A DNA stretch of 63,674 bases from Elusimicrobiales bacterium (lineage in GTDB: Bacteria; Elusimicrobiota; Elusimicrobia; Elusimicrobiales; UBA9959): positions 1 to 63,674 of the forward strand of contig JAVHRY010000008.1 in the NCBI GenBank assembly GCA_036171915.1, in the 5' to 3' direction. The position numbers were made by a program, and so were the translations under genes. Positions 8,307-15,692 of this stretch are shown in pieces; the stretch's first letter is position 1, and every line of letters starts with the position of its first letter. The notes beneath the pieces are model-generated. The model saw only the letters and a program-made list of their open reading frames with translations. It had not been told where the DNA came from and ran no database searches.

Positions 8307-9620
8307 TTACGTACCGCTTTTGGGGCTTCCCGCTTCACGCTTTACGTCCTTCTCCGCCGGCCCGCCGAGCGGGAAGAAATACGTGATCTTCGCCCCGCCC
8401 CCGGGGAGATTATCAAGCGTCATGGTTCCGCCGTGACGCTGCACTATCTGGCCGCAGACAAAAAGCCCGAGCCCGGTGCCGCCTTTGTCCTTGCGGGTGG
8501 TGCCGAAAGCTTTAACGCCTTCCTTAAGGAGTCCCTCCGGGAAGCCGGGACCGTCGTCCGTTACCTCCACCCGCACCCCCCCGCCGGCGTTCCGCGCGGA
8601 AACGGACACCTTTCCGCCGTCACTCACGAACGAGATGGAATTGGAAATGGAATTAATGAACAACCGTTCAATATGCACGCGGCTCAGGCGCAGCGGCGGC
8701 AGGTCGTCCGGAAAATCAAGCGCGACCGAGGCGCTCTTTTTGCGCGCCGAATATTCCACCAGCAGCACGGCGTTCTCGGCCGGCTCCTTCAAAGAAACCT
8801 CTTCAAAAACATATTCCTGCCCGCGCACTATGCTGAAAGCGTTGGAGATCACGCTCTTGGCGAACTTGGCGGCTTTTACAATGCGCTGGAGGTCCGTCTT
8901 TTCCGGAATTTCATCTTCGCAGGCGATCTCCGCGCTCAGCAGTATAACGGACACGGCATTGCCCATATCGTGCATTACGCCGCTTACAAGCGTCCCCATC
9001 TCCCCGGCGGAAGCTGTCCGCACTATCTGCCCGTCCTTCACCAGGATCTCGCGCGACAGCCGCTCCACTTCGCTGCGCTTGGAAGCCAGGCCGGCCTCCG
9101 CTTTCTTTTTCGACTGGGAGGTAGTGTAAACTACCCCGGCGGAAAACGCCAGCACGGCCATTTTCACGGCCAGCGCCAGCACCTTCGCCAGATCCCCGCC
9201 GCCGAGCGGCCAGGACAGGACCGTTATAGCCAGCACGCACAGGAAAACCACTCCGAAAGCGTCTTTAAAACTGGCCATAAGAGAGGCCGCAAAAACCGGC
9301 AGCAGGTAAAGCACCCAGAAATAAGAATCCCCCCTCCCGGAATAATAAAGCACCCCCGTTATGATCCAGAAGTTCACCAGCAAAATAAGGTCCAGCAGCC
9401 ACATATTTACCGAAGCGCGGCGGCGCAGCAGGTAACTGAAAATAAAATTAGAGCTCAGCAGCATCAGGAAAAAATAAAGTATCCGCGGGTAAACTATCTG
9501 CGTATTATTGCGGTAGAAGTAAGCCAGGGCTATCATGAACACTGAAAAGACAACCTCGTACGAGTTGCGGGAGAAACTGGTTATTTCCCCGCGGTCTAGA
9601 GCTTTAAAATGGTTTTTCAT
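8307..9620 (-). CDS. Membrane sensor histidine kinase (orphan)
   Basis: 437 aa. It has about 6 N-terminal TM helices, an H-box (VMHDMGNAVS) and HATPase_c N/G boxes (INSISNSISF, DDGPGF, GTGLGLFVCGQIV). Confidence 0.85.
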   Translation of the reverse strand: MKNHFKALDRGEITSFSRNSYEVVFSVFMIALAYFYRNNTQIVYPRILYFFLMLLSSNFIFSYLLRRRASVNMWLLDLILLVNFWIITGVLYYSGRGDSYFWVLYLLPVFAASLMASFKDAFGVVFLCVLAITVLSWPLGGGDLAKVLALAVKMAVLAFSAGVVYTTSQSKKKAEAGLASKRSEVERLSREILVKDGQIVRTASAGEMGTLVSGVMHDMGNAVSVILLSAEIACEDEIPEKTDLQRIVKAAKFAKSVISNAFSIVRGQEYVFEEVSLKEPAENAVLLVEYSARKKSASVALDFPDDLPPLRLSRVHIERLFINSISNSISFVSDGGKVSVSARNAGGGVRVEVTDDGPGFPEGLLKEGVKAFGTTRKDKGGTGLGLFVCGQIVQRHGGTMTLDNLPGGGAKITYFFPLGGPAEKDVKREAGSPKSGT

Positions 9621-9773
9621 AATACGATATATAGATTAATACAACTTCTAGCCGCGCAAGGCAAGGGGAACGCAAAACCCGGCGGGAAGCCGGGCCGCCT
9701 CTTTAGCGGGCGCCGCGCTCCCCGGTTGTTTTTACACTTCTGTTGCCCTCCTTATATCTAATATAATTATGTT

Positions 9774-10844
9774 ATGAACGCAATCCCCGCGGCGCCCAAG
9801 CTGCTCAAGTTCGATAAAGCGCAGCTTTTTAATTTTTTCTTCTTCGGCATACTGTTGTTCCTGCTTTACCAGCTGCTGCGCATTCTCGCCCCCTTTACCG
9901 GGGCCATACTGGTCTCCGCCATGCTGGCGCTGATCTTTTTTCCCCTTAACGTGTGGGCCCGCCGCCGCGTTTCGGAGAACCGCAGCGCCGCGGCGGCTTT
10001 TTCCACCGTCACGGCCCTGCTCACGGTAGTGCTGCCCCTTCTTGTTTTCGGCTGGCTGCTGCTGCGCGAATCCATGGTGCTTTATCCCAAAACCAACCAG
10101 TGGCTTACGAACATGTCGCAGAATAATTTGCAGCTCTCTCTTCCGGAACGGTTAAAAGACTACTGGAACCTGGACCTTGCGGATATCGTAACCGGCAACC
10201 TCAAAAGCATCCAGGAGGACATCACCAGATCTGGCACGGTGGTCCTTAAAAACATACTCTTCTTTTTCATAAACCTCGTCGTAGTAATAGTGGCGCTGTT
10301 CGCTCTTTTCAGGGACGGGGAACATTTTCTGCACTGGCTCATAGACATAATCCCGATGGACCACGAATACAAGCGCCGCGTCTCCAACCAGCTCTATACC
10401 ACCACCATGGCGGTAGTGCGGGGCCTGCTGCTCACAGCCGCCATACAGGGGCTTACTGGGGCCGTCGGTTACCGGCTGGCGGGAGTTCCGGCCCCCGCCC
10501 TGTTCGGGGCGCTCACCTGTTTTGCCGCGCTGGTGCCCTTCGTAGGCACCAGCCTGGTCTGGCTGCCTCTTTCCGTAGTGATGTATTTATGGAAAGGTCT
10601 TCACACCGGGCTTTTTGTATTCTTCTGGGGCGCGGCGGTAGTGGGGCTGCTTGACAATGTCCTGCGGCCCATACTTATCGGCAAGGGGGCCAAGCTACCC
10701 GTATTCCTTTTGTTCCTGGGCATCTTCGGGGGACTTAAAGTTTACGGCCCGCTGGGAATTTTTCTGGGGCCGCTGCTTATTTCCTGCGTAACGGTTTTTT
10801 TGCAAATCTACCGCGAAACAAAGAACCTGCCTCACGTCGGGTAG
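9774..10844 (+). CDS. AI-2E family transporter (PerM/UPF0118)
   Basis: 356 aa with about 8 TM helices. The C-terminal LRPILIGKGAKLP...LGIFGGL pattern is typical of the family. Confidence 0.8.
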   Translation: MNAIPAAPKLLKFDKAQLFNFFFFGILLFLLYQLLRILAPFTGAILVSAMLALIFFPLNVWARRRVSENRSAAAAFSTVTALLTVVLPLLVFGWLLLRESMVLYPKTNQWLTNMSQNNLQLSLPERLKDYWNLDLADIVTGNLKSIQEDITRSGTVVLKNILFFFINLVVVIVALFALFRDGEHFLHWLIDIIPMDHEYKRRVSNQLYTTTMAVVRGLLLTAAIQGLTGAVGYRLAGVPAPALFGALTCFAALVPFVGTSLVWLPLSVVMYLWKGLHTGLFVFFWGAAVVGLLDNVLRPILIGKGAKLPVFLLFLGIFGGLKVYGPLGIFLGPLLISCVTVFLQIYRETKNLPHVG

Positions 10845-10856
10845 GCTGCAGGCACG

Positions 10857-10917
10857 GGCCGGAGCGGTAAATATAAAACACGGGCCCTTCCCGTGTTTTA
10901 TATTTACCGCTCCGGCC
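10857..10917. terminator. Bidirectional terminator-like hairpin (28-bp perfect stem)
   Basis: GGCCGGAGCGGTAAATATAAAACACGGG / CCCTT / CCCGTGTTTTATATTTACCGCTCCGGCC lies between convergent genes. Confidence 0.6.
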
Positions 10918-10929
10918 GGCTGTTCCCCG

Positions 10930-11649
10930 CTATCTCCCCTCTTCGAACTGCGGACAAAGTTTCCTTATAGCGCAGCGGGAACAAACGCCCTTGCGGGACA
11001 TGTCCAGCGCGACCATTTTTTCGGCGGTCCCGCGTATCAGCCCCAGCGTAGCCTCCTCTCCCGAAGCGTCGTAGGGAAGGGATACTTTCTTAAGCGACGT
11101 GAGGACATAATAACCGGCCGCCCCCACCTTTAACTTAAGCGCCCTGCCCAGCCCTATGGCGTAGATGGACAACTGCAGGCTACCCGCTACGTCCCAATCG
11201 TTCCTGTCCTCAAAGCCCATTTTATAGTCGAGCAGCTCCACCTGCCCGCCGGGCATGCGGTCCACGCGGTCTATGGTTCCCTTTACCCGCCATTTTTCAA
11301 AAGGAAACTCGAAATGTTTTTCGGAGTAGATCACCTGCGCCGGGTTTTGCTGGAACTGCAGCCACCATTTTTCCAGCACCAGGGCGCCGCGGTTATAGAA
11401 TTCCATGCTCTCCTGCGGCGTGGCGTAACCCTGGTGCAGCCAGGCGTCCTCATAATATGCCAGGAGGTCGCCAAGGTCTCCGGGGCGCGCGTGGAAACCC
11501 GCCAGCGCGCGGTGCACGCTGAGCCCCAGCGAGGAGAAAGGGGTCTGCGGGGCGAACTTCCGCTCGACGTAGATATAGCGGTAAAGGAACGGGCAGTCCA
11601 GGTAGGCGCGTATCTTGCTGTAATTCAATTCAAAAGGGTCAAAGATCAT
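10930..11649 (-). CDS. PD-(D/E)XK nuclease, Cas4/RecB-like with Fe-S cysteines
   Basis: 239 aa. It has an N-terminal Cys (YLDCPFLY), IDRVD...ELLDYK (D...ExK), QLSIYA (QhxxY) and C-terminal CSRCAIRKLC, which is the Cas4/AddB nuclease-domain architecture. No CRISPR or cas genes are nearby. Confidence 0.75.
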   Translation of the reverse strand: MIFDPFELNYSKIRAYLDCPFLYRYIYVERKFAPQTPFSSLGLSVHRALAGFHARPGDLGDLLAYYEDAWLHQGYATPQESMEFYNRGALVLEKWWLQFQQNPAQVIYSEKHFEFPFEKWRVKGTIDRVDRMPGGQVELLDYKMGFEDRNDWDVAGSLQLSIYAIGLGRALKLKVGAAGYYVLTSLKKVSLPYDASGEEATLGLIRGTAEKMVALDMSRKGVCSRCAIRKLCPQFEEGR

Positions 11650-11677
11650 ATAGTCTCGCGCTTCCCCGTAAACGGGT

Positions 11678-12325
11678 TTATGCCTGTTTTTCGGCGGCCG
11701 CCTTCCCGTCCGCCGCTTTAGCCGGGCGGAAAAAATCGACCAGGGAATCCCCGTATCTTTCCTGCCGCACGTGCTCCAGGCCAGCCGGGGCCGTAACCTG
11801 CTCCTTGTTGTGATGCTGCACCACGATAAGCGCCGTCGGGGTGGTGATGCCGGCGGCGGCCAGAAGTTCCAGCGTTTCCATGCTGTAAAATAACGGCAGA
11901 TTTTCCTCCGTGCGGTAGGGCGGCCCCATAAAGACTATGTCATAGCCCTTGTAGTCGGAAAAATGCTCCAGCCATTTAACCCCGGAAAGCACGTCCGCTT
12001 TAAGCGCCTTAGCCTGCTCCGTAAAACCCAGGCTCGCGATATTTCTCTCTATGGTTTTCATGCACAGCCCGTCTTTTTCGATAAAAACCGCCTTGGCGGC
12101 GCCCCGGGACAGCGCCTCCAGCCCTACGGCGCCCGTGCCTGCGTAGAGGTCGAGGAAGACTGCGCCCGTGACGTAAGGGCGCAGGATGTCAAAAAGGGAC
12201 TGCCGTATGCGCGCGGAAATAGGCTTGACGAACTTATCCCGCGGCACAGAAAAAATACTCCGGCCCCTTTTAGTACCCGCTATTATTCTCATCATAAATT
12301 CCCGTTGTGACCGCCGCAACAACAT
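11678..12325 (-). CDS. rsmD: 16S rRNA (guanine966-N2)-methyltransferase RsmD family
   Basis: Motifs are RIIAGTKRGRSI..P....KPISARIRQSLFDIL and LDLYAGTGAVGLEALSRGA. Motif IV reads GPPY rather than DPPF/Y. The true start is probably the internal MMRIIAG near 12292. Confidence 0.75.
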   Translation of the reverse strand: MLLRRSQREFMMRIIAGTKRGRSIFSVPRDKFVKPISARIRQSLFDILRPYVTGAVFLDLYAGTGAVGLEALSRGAAKAVFIEKDGLCMKTIERNIASLGFTEQAKALKADVLSGVKWLEHFSDYKGYDIVFMGPPYRTEENLPLFYSMETLELLAAAGITTPTALIVVQHHNKEQVTAPAGLEHVRQERYGDSLVDFFRPAKAADGKAAAEKQA

Positions 12326-12417
12326 TTAACTTTACCGAAACATTTCCTTAACGGCAAAATTTATATAATGTATTATAGTAAATAGGCGTTAAGGAAATTA
12401 GTAATCACCGGGCACAA

Positions 12418-13743
12418 ATGGAAAATCCAGACATAATTGTCATAGACGATGACCCCATGGTGGGCGAGCTGTCCCGCGACCTTCTGACGGACATCGGCTA
12501 CAAGGTCATGCTGGTACAGGACTCCCTTGAAGCTATTCCCTCCATAAAAACCCATATGCCGCGTCTCATAGTGACCGACATAATGATGCCCGGAATAACC
12601 GGCATGGATATCTGCAAAGCGGTAAAGTCGGACCCTACCCTTAAACACATAAAGATAATCGTAGTTTCCGGCAAGTCCTACGAGGTTGAAAAACAGCGCG
12701 CTTTCCAGTTTGGAGCGGATTTCTTCCTGCAGAAGCCATACAACGTCGAGACTTTTTCACATACGGTAAAAGACATACTGGACGGCGGCCAGGCCCCGCA
12801 GTCCGCCGCCCCGGTGTCAGCCTCCATAATACGCGAGGACGTTACTCCGCAGGCAAGCGACCTTGAAGCCGGGCAGCTGCGCCTTACCGTCTGGGGCTCG
12901 CGCGGCCTGCCCGCCGTAATGCCCAACTCCGCCTCGCGCTACGGGCGCCAGACCTCCTGTGTTTCGATCGAGACAAAAGAGCATCTTTTTATATTTGACG
13001 CCGGCACCGGCATCGTGGAGCTCGGCCGGGAAATTGCCGCCAGCAAGCGCTATTACAAGGACATCTGGATTTGCCTTACGCATTTTCACCTGGACCACAT
13101 ACTCGGTCTGGGCCGTTTCGCCCCCCTCTACGACCCTGATTTCTCTATCCACCTGGTAGGGGCGAATGACCCCGAGAAAAGCCTTAAAGAAGTGGCGCAG
13201 GCGACCTTTTACAGTTCCTTTTCGCTCACCAAACAGCCCCCGAAGGCGAAGATCGACATTTACGAAATACTCGAAGACAATTACGAGCTGCTGCCCGGAG
13301 CAAGGCTGTCTTCCATCTACTCCAACCACCCCACCAGTACGATGGTGTATGTGCTGGAAACGCTGGGGAAGAAAATAGTTTACGCCCCCGACAGCGAGAT
13401 CTGGGGCGACGCCACCGCCTTTCAGGACTACGACGAAAAGTTCGGCGGGTTCGCCCGCGCCGCCGACATCCTGATCCACGACGCGGCCTTCACCGACAAG
13501 GATTACGAAACCCGCAAGCACGAAGGTCATTGCGGTCTGTCGATAGCGGTGGATTTCGCGGCCGAAAAAGCCCAGGCCCGCGACCTTATCCTTTTCCACT
13601 CCTCCCCGGAATATTCCGACGAGGAACTGGACCAGATGCTGGCCGACGCCAAGGCCCGGGTGAAGGCAAAGGGTTTCACCCTTAACTGCCACATGCCCAC
13701 GGAGCGCCAGGCCTTCCTGCTGCAGGGCAGCAAATTACCGTGA
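12418..13743 (+). CDS. Response regulator receiver fused to an MBL-fold metallo-hydrolase domain
   Basis: 441 aa. The N-terminal REC domain has DDDP...TDIMMPG...VSGK. The C-terminal domain has LTHFHLDHILGL (HxHxDH) and downstream His/Asp ligands. Confidence 0.85.
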   Translation: MENPDIIVIDDDPMVGELSRDLLTDIGYKVMLVQDSLEAIPSIKTHMPRLIVTDIMMPGITGMDICKAVKSDPTLKHIKIIVVSGKSYEVEKQRAFQFGADFFLQKPYNVETFSHTVKDILDGGQAPQSAAPVSASIIREDVTPQASDLEAGQLRLTVWGSRGLPAVMPNSASRYGRQTSCVSIETKEHLFIFDAGTGIVELGREIAASKRYYKDIWICLTHFHLDHILGLGRFAPLYDPDFSIHLVGANDPEKSLKEVAQATFYSSFSLTKQPPKAKIDIYEILEDNYELLPGARLSSIYSNHPTSTMVYVLETLGKKIVYAPDSEIWGDATAFQDYDEKFGGFARAADILIHDAAFTDKDYETRKHEGHCGLSIAVDFAAEKAQARDLILFHSSPEYSDEELDQMLADAKARVKAKGFTLNCHMPTERQAFLLQGSKLP

Positions 13744-13791
13744 AGCGTAGAACGGGAAGAGCGGCCAGTTAGCAATAAGAAAGGACCCGAT

Positions 13792-13827
13792 AAAAGAAAG
13801 AGGCCGCTTCAGCGGCCTCTTTCTTTT
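13792..13827. terminator. Bidirectional rho-independent terminator
   Basis: AAAAGAAAGAGGCCGC-TTCA-GCGGCCTCTTTCTTTT is a 16-bp perfect stem with A/T tracts on both sides, between convergent genes. Confidence 0.8.
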
Positions 13828-13864
13828 ACTGCCTCCGTCTTTTCACGCGTCGCGCTTTACGTCC

Positions 13865-14167
13865 TCAGCTGTGCCCCTGCGTCAGGTTCACGGCGCGCTC
13901 CGGAATAACGCCGAAACGCTCTTCATACCGCTTTATATTCTCAAGCAGGGCGGCCAGGAACCGCTTTGTGTGGACGGGGCTTGAAATAACGCGCGCCCTC
14001 AATTTGGCTTTAGGCTGGTTGGGCTGCAGGAAAAGGAAATCGAAAATAAATTCGGTCTCGCTGTGCGTCACTCCGGCGAGGTTGGCGTAGATGCCCTGCG
14101 CGGTCGCCTCGTCCATCTGCACCTCCAGCTGCATTCCCTTGTTGTTTTCGGGTTTATTGTCGCCCAT
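13865..14167 (-). CDS. DUF3467 domain protein
   Basis: 100 aa with the recognisable core GIYANLAGVTHSETEFIFDFLF...AKLRARVISSPVHTKRF. Confidence 0.7.
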   Translation of the reverse strand: MGDNKPENNKGMQLEVQMDEATAQGIYANLAGVTHSETEFIFDFLFLQPNQPKAKLRARVISSPVHTKRFLAALLENIKRYEERFGVIPERAVNLTQGHS

Positions 14168-14236
14168 AGGTCCTCCTTAAAATTTTCGTCCGTTCTCCGG
14201 AGAATATCTAGAGTATAATATATTTAAGGTGCCAAA

Positions 14237-15235
14237 ATGAAAATCATAATTTACCTGGCAGCGGTTTTCTGCCTGTCCTCCTGCGCGGCGGCGCAGACCG
14301 ATCTTAAATGCCCCGAGTTTAAGTCCAAGGTCCGGACGGCTAAAATTTCCCGCATGCAGCCTTTGCGGCGCGGCAAAGAATGGCTTGAAGGAACCCCCGC
14401 AAGCATTACAACCTACGCCTGCGACCTCCATGACATGAAGACGGAGGAGGCGGAATACGACGGGAAGAACCTGGTGCTTAAAAACTCTTTTGTCTACAGG
14501 GAAAAGGAAGAAGCCAGGGAAATTTGCGCGAAGCTGAAATCGGAGCAGAAGCTCACCTCAACCTTCAGCGAGGAGGCCCGCTCTTCGCTGGACGATTTTT
14601 GCCGTAAAAATATTAAAAAAGATTTCAGCGCCGTCCTCGTCTACGACGCCACCCCCTCCGGGGCCGGGGAAACCGGCCGCAAGCCGGTGCGCCAGATCTT
14701 CCGGCTATACAACCCGCGCGGCTTCGTAACGGAAGAACACGCTTTCGATACGATGATGAACCTTGAATCCGTTACCCTTTACGCTTATGACAAGGCGAAC
14801 AACCTTACGGAGACCACGGTAAACGATTTTTACGGCCGCCAGCTTAAACGCGAAACTTTTACCCGGGATAAGACAACCAGCTCAAGGGCGCACGCGGTTT
14901 ACGGGGAGAACAACGAGCTTAAAACCAGGACAATTTACGAGGAGCGCGAAGACGGGAGCCTGCGCCGGGAAGTCCTGACGTTCTACGACTCGGGCGAGCA
15001 GCCTCTTGAGCGGACTGAATTTTATTGCGATGCGAAAGGCCGGCGCCAGAAGGAGCTGGTGTATGACCCTGACGCCTCCGGGCCCAAATACGAATACACT
15101 TACGCCTACACCTGGGACCCGAAAGGCAATTGGGCGCTTGAACGCAAAGCCCGTCTTATCGTCTATAACGGCAACCGCATGGCGGACACCCAGTACGCCC
15201 CTGAAATAACCAAACGCGAGTTCCTGTACTATTAA
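14237..15235 (+). CDS. Hypothetical lipoprotein with YD/RHS-like short repeats
   Basis: 332 aa. It has a signal peptide plus lipobox (AAVFCLSSC). The C-terminal half has repeated xYDxxNNL / YGxxxxL / TFYDSGEQP-type motifs. No confident family assignment is possible. Confidence 0.5.
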   Translation: MKIIIYLAAVFCLSSCAAAQTDLKCPEFKSKVRTAKISRMQPLRRGKEWLEGTPASITTYACDLHDMKTEEAEYDGKNLVLKNSFVYREKEEAREICAKLKSEQKLTSTFSEEARSSLDDFCRKNIKKDFSAVLVYDATPSGAGETGRKPVRQIFRLYNPRGFVTEEHAFDTMMNLESVTLYAYDKANNLTETTVNDFYGRQLKRETFTRDKTTSSRAHAVYGENNELKTRTIYEEREDGSLRREVLTFYDSGEQPLERTEFYCDAKGRRQKELVYDPDASGPKYEYTYAYTWDPKGNWALERKARLIVYNGNRMADTQYAPEITKREFLYY

Positions 15236-15264
15236 AACGCGGCCCCCCGCCGGGCATTACAAAA

Positions 15265-15288
15265 CCGGCCCCGTTTGGACGGGGCCGG
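15265..15288. terminator. Terminator hairpin between convergent genes (serves csp on the minus strand)
   Basis: CCGGCCCCG-TTTGGA-CGGGGCCGG with AAAA upstream, which gives a T-run on the minus strand. Confidence 0.7.
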
Positions 15289-15315
15289 AATTATTTCTAA
15301 AGAAAGATTTTATCT

Positions 15316-15531
15316 TTATTTAGCGGGCTGTATTTTTTTCACGTTTATCGCTTTGGGGCCTTTATCGGAGTTCTCAGTTTCAAACTCCACTTCCTGATTT
15401 TCAGCCAGGGTTTTAAACCCTTCGCCCGTTATAGAAGAATGATGCACGAAGAGGTCTTTAGAACCGTCGTCGGGGATAATAAAACCGAATCCTTTCTTGT
15501 CATTAAACCACTTTACTTTACCTTTTGCCAT
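15316..15531 (-). CDS. Cold-shock protein (CspA family)
   Basis: 71 aa. [18 protein letters not shown] and DLFVHHS are the RNP1/RNP2 motifs. Confidence 0.93.
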   Translation of the reverse strand: MAKGKVKWFNDKKGFGFIIPDDGSKDLFVHHSSITGEGFKTLAENQEVEFETENSDKGPKAINVKKIQPAK

Positions 15532-15692
15532 TTGCTTATTTCCTCTCTTTAATTACTGATGCTACTGGGCCGTTCCCGGCCGTTGTATTTATTATATATC
15601 TTTTTTCGGATAAATAACAAAAATAAAGTTCCGGCCGCCAGGAGCTCTCCGGCCAGGCCCCCTCCGGCGCGGGGCCCGGCTTGCTCCGGACG

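Noticed and set aside
8338-8350. The 13-mer CGCTTTACGTCCT shared between the 3' end of the histidine-kinase gene (8338-8350) and the region just after the DUF3467 stop (13852-13864), plus a related CGCTTTACGTACC at 8303.
   Set aside because: A single exact 13-mer recurrence within ~64 kb is expected by chance many times over. There is no flanking similarity and no consistent position relative to genes.
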